From contig JACPEK010000004.1 of assembly GCA_016183535.1 (NCBI GenBank), forward strand, positions 141,807 to 205,806: a DNA stretch of 64,000 nucleotides, in the 5' to 3' direction. Shown here piece by piece: positions 1-10,097 of this stretch; positions within the stretch are counted from its first letter, which is position 1, and every line of letters begins with the position of its first letter. The DNA is from Candidatus Brennerbacteria bacterium (GTDB lineage: Bacteria > Patescibacteriota > Minisyncoccia > UBA6257 > GWB1-50-10). The translations under genes were made by a program, and so were the position numbers. Under the pieces are notes generated by a model. The model did no database searches, was not told the origin of the DNA, and saw only the letters and a list, made by a program, of their open reading frames with translations.

Positions 1-1
1 G

Positions 2-364
2 GATGCATTCGCGCGAGAACTTGCGCGCGCGCTCCCCGGCGTGAAAAAAAATACCCCGACGTCCGGCCGGCCGGCCGGCGGACGGGCGCCCCACCTCTTA
101 AATATCGCGTTTCCGCCGGGAGTTTTGTCCGAGGATCTCTTAGTGCTCTTTGACCGCGAAGGGATTGCGGCAAGTCCGGGCGCGGCGTGCCGTGCCCGCG
201 CGCTTGCGCTCTCGCACGTACTCCGCGCGATCGACATCCCGGACGAGCGCATCAAGCGGAGCGTTCGTTTCAGTTTTGGCCGCGGCGTAACGGTTCCTGA
301 TGCGCAACGGGCGGCGCGGATTGTAGCCCGCGCCGCCCGCTCTCTTTTCCGGAAAGCGCGATGA
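2..364 (+). CDS. Cysteine desulfurase (class V aminotransferase, IscS/NifS-like), C-terminal fragment; 5' end lies outside the window
   Basis: Frame is open from the window start. The C-terminal segment ...AASPGAACRARALALSHVLRAIDIPDERIKRSVRFSFGRG... matches the conserved C-terminal pattern of cysteine desulfurases. Confidence 0.55.
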   Translation, partial: DAFARELARALPGVKKNTPTSGRPAGGRAPHLLNIAFPPGVLSEDLLVLFDREGIAASPGAACRARALALSHVLRAIDIPDERIKRSVRFSFGRGVTVPDAQRAARIVARAARSLFRKAR

Positions 365-415
365 TGGTAATATGAAAGAAAAGTCGACCGTAAATCGTAT
401 CAATCCAAAGAGAAT

Positions 416-1192
416 ATGAATGAAAAAGTGAAGAACGCTATGGGGAGTGCAGTGGTGATTGGTGTGCTTGCCGTGTCGTATGCGGCGGTATCGTATGTGC
501 AAACGTATTCGCAGTCCATCGAGCCGTCGTCATTCCGTAGTTTTTCGGTAACGGCGGATGCGAAGGTGGTGGCAGTGCCGGACGTTGCGGCGTTCACCGC
601 GAGCGTGATTACCGAGGGCGGTCTGGATCTCGGCGCGCTTCAGACGATGAATGTGGAGAAAACAAACGCGGTTATCGCCTACGTGAAAGAGCAAGGGGTG
701 GACGAGAAAGACGTAAAGACGGAGGGGTATGCGGTCGAGCCGCGGTACCAGTATTACGGATGCGAGACGGGAGCGTGTCCGCCGCCAAGAATCGTCGGGT
801 ATACCGTACGCCAGACGGTGGCGGTGAAAGCCCGCGATTTCACGAAAGCCGGAACGATTTTGAGCGGGGTGGTGGAAAACGGCGCAAACTCCGTGTCGTC
901 CTTGAATTTCACGATTGACGATCTGACGGAGGTGCAAAACCGCGCGCGCGCGGAGGCGATCGCGAAAGCGAAGGTAAAGGCGAAATTGGTGGCGGCCGCC
1001 GGCGGGTTTGGCGTTGGGCGGCTCCTCTCAATCGAGGAAAACGGATATCCCTCCTATCCCCAGCCCGCGTACGTGATGAGGGAGGCATACGGACGGGGCG
1101 GTGCAAGAGATGACGCGAAGATGGTTTCTTCCATCGAACCGGGATCCGAAGATGTGAGGGTAACGGTTACGTTGCGGTACGAAATCCGGTAA
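416..1192 (+). CDS. SIMPL-domain (DUF541/YggE-like) secreted or membrane-anchored protein
   Basis: 258 aa with an N-terminal hydrophobic segment. The architecture and composition are typical of the 26 kDa periplasmic immunogenic protein family. Confidence 0.55.
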   Translation: MNEKVKNAMGSAVVIGVLAVSYAAVSYVQTYSQSIEPSSFRSFSVTADAKVVAVPDVAAFTASVITEGGLDLGALQTMNVEKTNAVIAYVKEQGVDEKDVKTEGYAVEPRYQYYGCETGACPPPRIVGYTVRQTVAVKARDFTKAGTILSGVVENGANSVSSLNFTIDDLTEVQNRARAEAIAKAKVKAKLVAAAGGFGVGRLLSIEENGYPSYPQPAYVMREAYGRGGARDDAKMVSSIEPGSEDVRVTVTLRYEIR

Positions 1193-1220
1193 TACGTTGC
1201 GGGGCAATTTACGATCGACA

Positions 1221-2456
1221 ATGAAGAGAAGCGTATTCTTACTCATTCTTCTCGCGGGGCTTTTGGGCGGGGTCGCCGGAGGCGCCGCGGCGCCTTCTTT
1301 CGCGTCTGCCGGTTTTTTTGAAGATTTAAAATCGTTCTTTGGAATTTCTGCGCCGGCGAAAGAAGAATTGAAAAATTCCACAGAACCGATGAGTCGGACG
1401 GATCAAAACGTTCCGCTCTACAAACCCGTCATTGATTATGAAGAGGCGGTGGTGAAGGCGGTCGAGTTAGCCTCTCAAAGCGTGGTTTCGATCGTCATAT
1501 CGAAAGACGTGCCGAAGATTGAACAATGTCCGTACGATCCGTTCGGCGGTTTTCCGTTGGAGCTCCGCGATCTTTTGGGCGGCGCGGGCGAATTCACCGC
1601 GCCTTGCGCAAAAGGCACGGAGCGGCGCGAGGTGGGCGGCGGCTCCGGCTTCATTGTTTCCGCGGAAGGTCTTGTGGTGACGAATAAACACGTGGTGGCG
1701 GACGAGAAGGCCGCCTACACGGTTTTCACGAGCGACGGGAAAAAATACGATGCAACGGTGGTGGCGCGCGACCCTCTGCAAGATCTCGCGGTTTTGAAAA
1801 TATCGGGCGATGCATTCATTCCTGCCCGACTCGGCGACTCCGATTCGTTGAAACTCGGGCAGACGGCGATCGCGATCGGTAATTCGCTCGGCGAGTTCCG
1901 GAACACGGTATCGGTGGGGGTAATCTCGGGTCTCGCGCGCACCATCACGGCGGCAGGAGAAGGTGTAACGGGCGTTGAAACGATCCGGGGGGTGATTCAA
2001 ACCGACGCCGCCGTGAACCCCGGGAACTCCGGTGGTCCCCTCTTGAATCTCAAAGGAGAAGTGGTCGCCATTAATGTGGCGATCGCTTCCGGAGCGGAAA
2101 ATATAGGATTCGCGATTCCGGTGAACCGCGCGCGGCGCGCGATCGAATCGGTGAAAAAAACCGGCGCCATCTCTGCGCCCTATCTTGGAGTTCGCTACGA
2201 GATGACGGAGGAGGGCGCCTTGGTGCGCGGCACGAAGGACGGGCCCGGGGTGATTTCTAGTTCGCCTGCCGCGGCCGGAGGTATCCGCGCGGACGATCTC
2301 ATTGTGGCGATGAACGGAGAGAAGTTGGGAGAAGAAAATCCGCTCGGCGGGGTCATTCAGAAATACGGTGTGGGAGACACGGTCACGCTTACGATCAAAA
2401 GAGGGGACGAAACGCTCGCAATTTCCATAACTTTGGGGGAACGCCCGAAGGAATGA
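1221..2456 (+). CDS. htrA: HtrA/DegP-family serine protease with C-terminal PDZ domain
   Basis: Signal peptide present. Trypsin-like catalytic triad residues are seen in TNKHVV, DLAVLK and GNSGGPL. A PDZ-like C-terminus is present. The ATG at 1221 is preferred over the TTG at 1197. Confidence 0.85.
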   Translation: MKRSVFLLILLAGLLGGVAGGAAAPSFASAGFFEDLKSFFGISAPAKEELKNSTEPMSRTDQNVPLYKPVIDYEEAVVKAVELASQSVVSIVISKDVPKIEQCPYDPFGGFPLELRDLLGGAGEFTAPCAKGTERREVGGGSGFIVSAEGLVVTNKHVVADEKAAYTVFTSDGKKYDATVVARDPLQDLAVLKISGDAFIPARLGDSDSLKLGQTAIAIGNSLGEFRNTVSVGVISGLARTITAAGEGVTGVETIRGVIQTDAAVNPGNSGGPLLNLKGEVVAINVAIASGAENIGFAIPVNRARRAIESVKKTGAISAPYLGVRYEMTEEGALVRGTKDGPGVISSSPAAAGGIRADDLIVAMNGEKLGEENPLGGVIQKYGVGDTVTLTIKRGDETLAISITLGERPKE

Positions 2457-2477
2457 TCTGTTTACAAAATGTGCGTA

Positions 2478-2504
2478 TTAGCACCCAAGAGGTGGTATTG
2501 CTAA
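2478..2504. promoter_or_regulatory. Degenerate CIRCE-like inverted repeat (TTAGCACCC-N9-TATTGCTAA) upstream of clpB
   Basis: The left half matches the CIRCE consensus TTAGCACTC at 8 of 9 positions. The arms pair only over TTAGCA/TGCTAA. It lies in the 250-bp AT-rich leader of clpB. Confidence 0.3.
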
Positions 2505-2706
2505 CAGTTTTAAAATGGTGTAGGGTAGGAAAAATCCTAAATCCTAAGCGCTAAATCCTAAATACCGATTTCATCGAGTATCCTCGACACGGTCGGGACA
2601 AATTCCAAATCACAAATCTTAAATCACAAACGTTTGGAATTTAGAATTTGGAGCATTATGGTTTGTTTAGATTTTAGGATTTCAGGTTTAGAGTTTCTAT
2701 AAAAGC

Positions 2707-5406
2707 ATGTCCAACTTCCACCGATTTACCCTCAAAGCCCAGGACGCGCTTCAGGCCGCGCAAGAACTTGTCGCGGAGCTGAATCATGGGGAGCTCAAAG
2801 GCCTCCACCTTCTCTCGGCGCTCCTTGAGGACGAATCCACACTCGTGCGGCCGCTTCTCACGAAGGGTCAGGTGGATCTCCCGCTTCTCGAAGCGGAGCT
2901 CGAACGGGCGCTCGCCTCGCTTCCGAAAATCATCGCCGCGCGCGGCGCGGTGGGCCAGCTTTATCTCTCGACGGAACTCATGCGTATTTTGGATCGCGCG
3001 GCGGAAACGGCGAAGCGCCAAAAAGACGATTTTATTTCATGTGAACACCTCGTGCTCGCACTTCTCGACGTGCCGGGGACTGTTTCCGAACTTTTGACGC
3101 GCACAGGTGCGCGTCGCGAAATTTTATTCCGAACGCTTGCCGAACTGCGAGGTTCTGTGCGCGTGACCGACGAGATGCCGGAATCGAAGTTTCAAGTTTT
3201 GGACAAATATGCGGTGAATCTCACCGACAAAGCGAAGGAGGGAAAGCTTGATCCCGTGATCGGGCGCGAGAACGAACTCGAGCGCGTCATGCAAATTCTG
3301 TCGCGGCGCACGAAGAATAACCCGGTTTTGATTGGCGAGCCGGGCGTGGGGAAAACCGCGATTGTGGAAGGTTTGGCACAGATGATCGTGTCGGGGAACG
3401 TGCCAGAATCGCTTAAAGAGAAGGAAATTGTGATGCTCGATATCGGATCGCTCATCGCCGGCACGAAGTTCCGGGGCGAATTCGAGGATCGCCTCAAAGC
3501 GTTTTTAAAAGAACTCCAGAACGCGCAGGGGCGCATCATTCTCTTCATCGACGAGATTCATATGATCGTGGGGGCGGGCGCCGCGGAGGGCGCGGTGGAC
3601 GCCGCGAATCTTTTGAAACCCGCGCTCGCACGCGGCGAACTTCATGCGATCGGCGCGACGACCTTGAAGGAATACCAAAAGCACATCGAGAAGGACCCCG
3701 CGCTCGAGCGACGGTTCCAGCCGGTGATGGTGGAGGAACCTTCGACTGAAGATTCGATCGCCATTCTGCGGGGTCTCAAGGAGAAATATGAGACGCATCA
3801 CGGACTACGCATCACGGACGACGCCATCGTGGCGGCGGTGGAGCTTTCCGCGCGGTACATCACCGATCGCTTTCTCCCCGACAAAGCGGTGGATCTCGTG
3901 GACGAGGCCGCCGCGGCACGCCGGCTCGAATCTGACAGTGTTCCCTTGGAGCTCGCGAAGGTGCAGAAAGAGCTTACCCGTCGCGAGATCGAGTGGGCGG
4001 CGCTTGAGAAGGAACAACAGAAATCGCCGCGCATGAAAACGCTCGCGCGGGAAATCGCAAAACTCAAAGAGCGACACGAAACGCTCGCTGGCGAATGGCA
4101 CGCGGAGAAGCTTGTGTTCGAAAATCTCCACGCGGCGCGAAAAAAGATAGAGGATTTAAAACGCGAGGCGGAGAAGGCGGAGCGGGACGGCAATCTTGAG
4201 CGGGTGGCGCAGATACGCTACGGCGAGCTTCCGGAGGCGGAGAAACAGTATCGCACGTTTGAGAAACGCTACGACGCGGCCGCGGCCGCACCCATCCGAA
4301 AGGGCGCGCGCGCTTCATCGAAGCATTCGTCGGCCGGTCAGCTCGGCTCGAGGAAAGGGCCGGAACGGCGGTTCATCCGCGAGACAGTGGAGCAGTCGGA
4401 TATCGCCGCGGTCGTCGCGCGCTGGACCGGCATCCCTACCGCGAAAATGCTCGAATCGGAACTCAAAAAACTCTCCCGCATCGAGGAGGTGCTCGCGACG
4501 CGCGTGGTGGGTCAGAATGAGGCGGTCTCGGCCGTGGCCTGCGCTTTGCGGCGCTCGCGCGCAGGCCTCGCCGACGAAGATCGTCCCGCGGGTTCTTTTA
4601 TGTTTCTCGGTCCCACGGGGGTGGGGAAGACCGAACTCGCGCGCACCTTGGCGGAATTCATGTTTAACGACGAAAAAGCCCTGATTCGCATCGATATGTC
4701 GGAATATATGGAGCGGCACGCCATCGCGCGCCTCATCGGGAGCCCGCCGGGCTATGTGGGGCACGAGGAGGGCGGTCAGCTTACCGAACTGGTGCGCCAC
4801 CGCCCCTACTCCTTGATCCTTTTTGACGAGATCGAGAAGGCGCACCCCGAGGTGTTCAACATTCTTCTCCAGATGCTTGACAACGGACGCCTCACGGACG
4901 GCAAGGGGAAGCAGGTGAATTTCAAGAACGCCATCATCATCCTTACCTCGAACGTGGGGAGCGAGTATTTCCGCGAGATGTCGGGAGTCGGATTCACGAC
5001 GGCGAGTGAGGAAGAATTTCACAATAAAGAAGAACAGTTCCGCGACAAGGTCGAAGAAGCGCTGAAGGATACCTTCAAGCCGGAATTTTTGAACCGTTTG
5101 GACGAGGTAATTATTTTCAACGCTCTCACCCCGAAGGATGTGGGACACATCGTTGATATCCAACTTTCGAAACTCGCGACCCGAGTTCAAAAAAAAGGAC
5201 TCGCGCTTGTTGTGCATCCCGAAGTGCGACGTTACCTCGTCGCGCACGGGTTCGATCCCGACTACGGCGCCCGGCCGGTGAAGCGCCTCATCGAAAAAAC
5301 AATCGTGGACGCGCTTGCCGACAGCGTGGTGAAGGGCGTCGTGAGTCATGGTCACACCGTTATCGTTTCGCTTACCAAGTCGAACCGCGTGGCGATCAGC
5401 GCTTAG
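2707..5406 (+). CDS. clpB: ATP-dependent chaperone ClpB (two AAA+ modules, middle coiled-coil domain)
   Basis: 899 aa with a Clp N-domain. Two Walker A motifs are present ([15 protein letters not shown] and [15 protein letters not shown]). A long coiled-coil M-domain lies between the NBDs. The sensor-2 region reads [10 protein letters not shown]. Confidence 0.95.
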   Translation: MSNFHRFTLKAQDALQAAQELVAELNHGELKGLHLLSALLEDESTLVRPLLTKGQVDLPLLEAELERALASLPKIIAARGAVGQLYLSTELMRILDRAAETAKRQKDDFISCEHLVLALLDVPGTVSELLTRTGARREILFRTLAELRGSVRVTDEMPESKFQVLDKYAVNLTDKAKEGKLDPVIGRENELERVMQILSRRTKNNPVLIGEPGVGKTAIVEGLAQMIVSGNVPESLKEKEIVMLDIGSLIAGTKFRGEFEDRLKAFLKELQNAQGRIILFIDEIHMIVGAGAAEGAVDAANLLKPALARGELHAIGATTLKEYQKHIEKDPALERRFQPVMVEEPSTEDSIAILRGLKEKYETHHGLRITDDAIVAAVELSARYITDRFLPDKAVDLVDEAAAARRLESDSVPLELAKVQKELTRREIEWAALEKEQQKSPRMKTLAREIAKLKERHETLAGEWHAEKLVFENLHAARKKIEDLKREAEKAERDGNLERVAQIRYGELPEAEKQYRTFEKRYDAAAAAPIRKGARASSKHSSAGQLGSRKGPERRFIRETVEQSDIAAVVARWTGIPTAKMLESELKKLSRIEEVLATRVVGQNEAVSAVACALRRSRAGLADEDRPAGSFMFLGPTGVGKTELARTLAEFMFNDEKALIRIDMSEYMERHAIARLIGSPPGYVGHEEGGQLTELVRHRPYSLILFDEIEKAHPEVFNILLQMLDNGRLTDGKGKQVNFKNAIIILTSNVGSEYFREMSGVGFTTASEEEFHNKEEQFRDKVEEALKDTFKPEFLNRLDEVIIFNALTPKDVGHIVDIQLSKLATRVQKKGLALVVHPEVRRYLVAHGFDPDYGARPVKRLIEKTIVDALADSVVKGVVSHGHTVIVSLTKSNRVAISA

Positions 5407-6097
5407 CGCCGCCGCCGTCGCGCTCTTTGTTTACTGGCGCGGCGCACGCGGTTTCGGCGCGGTTTCTTTTCTCGCGCTCGTTTTACTCCTCTACGCGCTC
5501 GCTTCGAGGTTTTCCGAATGGCGGGGGGTGCGGTATTCTTTTCTCGCGCTCGCGGTAATGGCGGCGGCGTTTTTTGCGCCCGCGGTGGCGGGAGGTACGG
5601 ACGTTTCAGTTTTATTTTCCGGAGCGGCGCGCGCATTCGCGGCGGGCGCGCTCGCTCTGCTTCTTTTCGTTTCCGCCGCGCCGCGCGGCGATCACCGCCG
5701 CATCGCGCGCCGTATCTTCGGCACGGCATTGCCTTTTTTTTCTTCTCTCGCGTTCTTTTTAAATCCCGGATTTCTTTCTTTCACCGGCTTCGTGGCGGCG
5801 CTCGCGCTCCTTGTGCGTGACGAGGCGCGGGAGTGGGAAACGCTCCGCGTGGGATCGGGGAAGCTCGTGAGTGCGGCGGTGGGGCTTGTCGGGGCCGAGG
5901 TCGCCGCCTTTGCGGCTCTTCTCCCTTTAGGACCAACGCGCGCCGCCGTTTTCGTGGCGCTTGTATTTCTCATGGTTCGCGAAGGCGTGGGGGCGGCATA
6001 TCGGGGATGGCTCCGACCCGCGCTGGCGTTTCAGGGGATTGCGGCGTTTTTTGCGTTTTCCGTACTTATTTTCTCTTCGGTTTCATGGACACCATAG
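5348..6097 (+). CDS. Hypothetical Ala-rich polytopic membrane protein (start uncertain; it overlaps the clpB 3' end as drawn)
   Basis: It is the only long ORF in the 5.4-6.1 kb gap and contains several hydrophobic helices. The high-GC context makes a spurious ORF possible. Confidence 0.3.
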   Translation: MVTPLSFRLPSRTAWRSALSAAAVALFVYWRGARGFGAVSFLALVLLLYALASRFSEWRGVRYSFLALAVMAAAFFAPAVAGGTDVSVLFSGAARAFAAGALALLLFVSAAPRGDHRRIARRIFGTALPFFSSLAFFLNPGFLSFTGFVAALALLVRDEAREWETLRVGSGKLVSAAVGLVGAEVAAFAALLPLGPTRAAVFVALVFLMVREGVGAAYRGWLRPALAFQGIAAFFAFSVLIFSSVSWTP

Positions 6098-6347
6098 GTT
6101 TGCCACGTCGTTCCGTAACTCTTGATCGGTGGATATCGTTGTAGCTAGTGAGCGTCGAAAAACTTGAGTTTTTCAAACGCGTTGTGTATTTTGAAAGCAG
6201 TCCGGCGTTGAGCCGGGTACCGGCGGGAACGCCGGGGGAGTAGTCCGAAACTTTCAGTGTGAGGCTGGAAGTCGCGGAATTACGGAAAGAGCCGCCGCCC
6301 GCGATCGTTCGTGTGAGCGCAAGGGGTCGCCGCGGCGCGTCCGCTTC

Positions 6348-6417
6348 GAAAAAGAGCGGAACGCTTTTTCTTCGTATTCCACGCAACCTCGCACCGAAAG
6401 GCGAGGATTTTTATTTC
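6348..6417 (+). terminator. Two consecutive hairpins, the second followed by a T-run, in the long leader/gap ahead of the surface-protein gene
   Basis: Hairpin 1 is gaaaaagagcg-gaa-cgctttttc at 6348-6370. Hairpin 2 is cctcgc-accgaaag-gcgagg followed by atttttatttc at 6387-6417. Confidence 0.35.
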
Positions 6418-6554
6418 ATTACTTACCCTTTTCCCGTTCTTCGTGCCGCCGATCCTCACTTAGGTTGGTCACACGTCGAACAGGGCGGGAGAAGCATCCA
6501 GAATATCGCAAAGGTCGAATCACAGCACATTAGTTTGGTCGATTAATTAACTCA

Positions 6555-9500
6555 ATGAGTAAATCATTCAAAAAAATCGCGTCCATAGGGCTCTCCGTCT
6601 CAACGGCGGTGTACCTCTTTGGCGCCACGGCGATTCCGGCGGGCGCACAGTCCACCGCGGATCTCCAGGCCCAAATTGCGGCCCTCTTGGCGCAGATCAA
6701 CGCATTGCAAGCCCAACTCGCGGCGCAGACCGGCACTCCGGCGGCTCCGTCTTCGTACAGCTTCACCCGCTCCCTCACGGTGGGTTCGGTTGGCGATGAC
6801 GTGAAGGCGCTCCAGCAATGGCTGAACGCGAATGGGTACAAAGTTTCGGCGAGCGGCGCCGGTAGCCCCGGCAGCGAGACGCGGACCTTCGGTCCTGCGA
6901 CCCGCGCGGCCCTCGCCAAATACCAGGCGGCGGTGGGAATCTCCCCCGCGGCAGGGTATTTCGGTCCGGTCACGCGCGCGAAGCTCGCTTCGGCGGGCGG
7001 CACGCCTGTGACGCCGGGCACGACCCCTCCGGTCACGACGGTTCCCGCGGGTACTGACCTCGTGGTGTCCTTGGCGTCCGACACGCCCGCTTCGCGGACG
7101 ATCGGCTCCGGCACCGCGTTCAACCCTGCGGCGAAGTTTGCGTTGACCGCGGGTGCGAAAGCGGTGAAGATCACCGGCATCACAGTCGCGAAGAGCGGCT
7201 TCGTGGCAAACACGAACCTGAACGGCGTCGACATCGTCGACTCGAAGGGCGTGCGCCACGGCAACGTGGTGACCGGCGTGAACGCCGACAACACCGTCTT
7301 GATCACCATGACGACCGACCCCATCACCGTGGCGGCGGGTTCCACCGAGTACATTACGATTCGGTACAACCTCCTCTCGGGGAACTACACGGGGACGGTT
7401 TCTTTCGGTATCAACGCGGTTTCGGCGATCACCGCCGACACCTCGGCGATCTCGGGAGCGTTTCCGCTCTCGGGCGCCACGATGAACATCGTGAACGGCG
7501 GCTCGTCCTTGGCCTCAACGACCTTGGACGTGCTCACCTCCACGGGTTCGTCTTCCTTGAACGTAGATCCGAACAGCTTGCAGGAGATCACACGCTTCCG
7601 CATCCAGGAAACCTCCTCGAATGAGGGCGCGTACCTCCACTCGCTCTCGCTCTACAACTACGGGAACGCGGGCGACAAGGATTACAAGGACGTCACGCTC
7701 GAAGCCCAGGACGGCACGGTCCTCGCGACCGCCCAGCCCTCGGGCCAGTACGTGAAGTTCGCGCTCGCGACCCCCTACTTCATCGACAAAGGCCTCACGA
7801 AGGACTTTACAGTGAAGGCGAAGCTCGTCGACGGCACGACGAAGACGATCCAGCTCGTGGTTTACAACAACTACGACATCGATCTCCGCGGCGCGGCGAC
7901 CTCGGTCTCGGTCATTCCGGGCGCGGGCACGAACGACACTTCGTTCCCGATCGGTAACGGCTTCAACATCCAGACGATCGGCTCGGGCTCGATCACGCTC
8001 ACGCGTGCATCGGATTCCCCGTCGTCCGCGGTAACGCCGGGCGCGACGAGCATCGTGCTCGCGAAGTTCAACGCGAAGCCGACCGGCGAGGACTACGAGC
8101 TCCGGCAGGTCAGCTTCTACGTGGCCACCTCCTCGTCAGGCATCGACCTCACCGGCACGATCTTCGTGAAGGTGAATGGTGCGACGGTCTACAGCGTGGC
8201 GGCCTCGGACAGCTCAAACACGACGGCCTCGACCGTTACCCTCACGTCGTACCCCACGCTCACGCGCGGGACGAACAACGTGATCACGGTGGAAGGTTCC
8301 GTGAACTCGACCGCGACCACGGCCTCGAACTACACCGTTACGAACTTCGACCTCATCCAGGCGAAGCGTTTGGTGACGAACGATCTCGTGGATCCGGGCG
8401 TGGGGACCGTGAACGGTCTCCAGATTGCAGTGAACGCCGCGGTGCTCACCGTCACGACGCTCTCGACGCCGACCGCAAACTCGGTCGTCGCGGGAGTGGT
8501 TGGCTATGAGTACGCGACGATCCAGCTTTCGGCCGGATCGGGCGGCGAGGATGTGAAGGTGACGAAGATTGTGGTAACGCACGCGGGCGGCACCGCAGGC
8601 GAGGTGGGGAACCTCCTCCTCTACAAGGGCTCCGACGCGTCGCCACTCTCGACGACGGCCTCGACGGCGACGAACGCCGCGACCGTAACCTTCAATCTCT
8701 CGGATGCGCTCGTCGTAACGCGCGCGACACCGGTTACGCTCCACCTCAAGGCGGACGCGCTCTCCGGCACGGGTGCGCACACCTTCTCGGTCGCCTCATC
8801 TACCTCGGCGGTAACGGCGACGGGCTTGAACACCGGCAACACCTTGACGAACGGATCTGACATCACGTTCGCGGGCGTCGGCCAGGCGCAGACGCACGTG
8901 GCGGCGGGCACGCTCACGTTGTCCTTGGTTTCCGGCTCGGGCGCTTCGCCCTCGGCGGACCAGGTGATCACGGCGGGCACCTCGAACGCGGTGGTGTTTG
9001 CCTTCAAACTCACCTCGCAGTACGAGGCGCAGAAGATCACGAGCTTGAAGCTCACGGCGACAAGCTCGGGCTCGACCGGCATCGCGACCTCGACCCTGCA
9101 GAACGTCCGCCTCTATGAGGGGACGTCCGGCACGGCGATCTATCCGACGACGGCGTGGGCCTGCGTGGCCGCGGGTTGTACCGCGACGTGGGGCGGCTCG
9201 GGCGTCGACAACATCTTCTCGCAGGCGGTGCCGACGACCGGCATGACAGTCTACGCGAAGGCGGACGTCGCCGCGGGCGGCACGTCGGACCTCGGCAACA
9301 GCTACAAGTTCCTCATCGCGTCTTCGACAGGCGACGTCGCGGTGAAGGGCGTGTCGTCCGGCTCGACCTCGGGTACCCGCACGGGGACCCCGACGGCGTC
9401 CGGCTTCAGCTTTGTGGTGCCGCAGAACGTAACGATTACCGCGGTGGATCCCACGACCGCAACGGATCGCGGGACGAGCTCGGGCATCAACGTGGCGGTC

Positions 9501-9974
9501 TTCAAGGTGACGAACAACGGCACGGCGCCGATCCTCCTCTCGACCTCGACCTTGAGCTTCACGAATGGCGGCTCTGCCACCACGACGACAGCTTTCAAGA
9601 TCTACGCGTCGGCGGTGGGCGGCGGCTCGGCTGACACCTCCGGATGGAACAGCGGCAACGGGTATCTCTCGAGGGCGGGCGACACAGGCGCTTCCTCCAC
9701 GATCTCGTTTGCCACCACGACCATCACGGCGGCGGAGCAGAAGATCGACGGCGGTTCATGGCGGTACCTGACGATCAAGACCACGGCGGCATCGGCGAAC
9801 AACAACACGTACCAGTTCTCCGTGTCGGCATTGGGCAACATCTTGTTCAATGCGGCCGAGTCCGATCTCGGGTTCTCCGGGAACCCCTCGTCCGATTCCG
9901 ATCTCTCCGACACGAGCCTCGGTCTCTACGCGGACGGTTTGCCGTCACTGGCGACCATCACCGCGAAGAACTAG
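6555..9974 (+). CDS. Large secreted cell-surface protein with coiled coil, PG_binding_1-like peptidoglycan-binding domain and a >800-aa Ser/Thr/Ala/Gly-rich beta-rich region (S-layer/adhesin-like)
   Basis: Signal peptide present. Heptad-like segment LQAQIAALLAQINALQAQLAAQ. A peptidoglycan-binding motif reads VGDDVKALQQWLNANGY...FGPATRAALAKYQAAVGI. The rest is a long low-complexity T/S/A/G-rich stretch. Confidence 0.8.
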   Translation: MSKSFKKIASIGLSVSTAVYLFGATAIPAGAQSTADLQAQIAALLAQINALQAQLAAQTGTPAAPSSYSFTRSLTVGSVGDDVKALQQWLNANGYKVSASGAGSPGSETRTFGPATRAALAKYQAAVGISPAAGYFGPVTRAKLASAGGTPVTPGTTPPVTTVPAGTDLVVSLASDTPASRTIGSGTAFNPAAKFALTAGAKAVKITGITVAKSGFVANTNLNGVDIVDSKGVRHGNVVTGVNADNTVLITMTTDPITVAAGSTEYITIRYNLLSGNYTGTVSFGINAVSAITADTSAISGAFPLSGATMNIVNGGSSLASTTLDVLTSTGSSSLNVDPNSLQEITRFRIQETSSNEGAYLHSLSLYNYGNAGDKDYKDVTLEAQDGTVLATAQPSGQYVKFALATPYFIDKGLTKDFTVKAKLVDGTTKTIQLVVYNNYDIDLRGAATSVSVIPGAGTNDTSFPIGNGFNIQTIGSGSITLTRASDSPSSAVTPGATSIVLAKFNAKPTGEDYELRQVSFYVATSSSGIDLTGTIFVKVNGATVYSVAASDSSNTTASTVTLTSYPTLTRGTNNVITVEGSVNSTATTASNYTVTNFDLIQAKRLVTNDLVDPGVGTVNGLQIAVNAAVLTVTTLSTPTANSVVAGVVGYEYATIQLSAGSGGEDVKVTKIVVTHAGGTAGEVGNLLLYKGSDASPLSTTASTATNAATVTFNLSDALVVTRATPVTLHLKADALSGTGAHTFSVASSTSAVTATGLNTGNTLTNGSDITFAGVGQAQTHVAAGTLTLSLVSGSGASPSADQVITAGTSNAVVFAFKLTSQYEAQKITSLKLTATSSGSTGIATSTLQNVRLYEGTSGTAIYPTTAWACVAAGCTATWGGSGVDNIFSQAVPTTGMTVYAKADVAAGGTSDLGNSYKFLIASSTGDVAVKGVSSGSTSGTRTGTPTASGFSFVVPQNVTITAVDPTTATDRGTSSGINVAVFKVTNNGTAPILLSTSTLSFTNGGSATTTTAFKIYASAVGGGSADTSGWNSGNGYLSRAGDTGASSTISFATTTITAAEQKIDGGSWRYLTIKTTAASANNNTYQFSVSALGNILFNAAESDLGFSGNPSSDSDLSDTSLGLYADGLPSLATITAKN

Positions 9975-10097
9975 CTCGTTTCCGTAACTGGTTTCCCGAT
10001 AGCGCAAATCGGACAACCAAAATCCCCGGCTTCGGCCGGGGTTTTGGTTCGCGGATTTATGCAGATAACCGCGGATAGATATTGATGCCGTGGTACA

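Noticed and set aside
2457-2706. CtsR box (tandem GGTCAAA heptads) upstream of clpB
   Set aside because: No GGTCAAA-type direct repeat is present. Only the CIRCE-like inverted repeat and AT-rich iterated motifs were found.
4315-5355. 346-aa minus-strand ORF antisense to clpB
   Set aside because: It lies entirely inside the well-supported clpB reading frame. Its composition is a high-GC shadow (Arg/His/Gly-rich) and it carries no motifs.
5403-5973. Minus-strand Arg/Lys-rich ORFs (108 aa, 93 aa) and + strand 100-103 aa ORFs in the 5.4-6.1 kb region
   Set aside because: Extreme Arg/Ala composition typical of out-of-frame translation of GC-rich DNA, with mutual overlaps. Only the longest hydrophobic frame was kept, and even that at low confidence.
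6530-7369. 279-aa and 219-aa minus-strand ORFs antisense to the surface-protein gene
   Set aside because: Shadow ORFs within a high-GC Ala/Thr-rich coding region. The forward frame has a clear signal peptide and domain structure.
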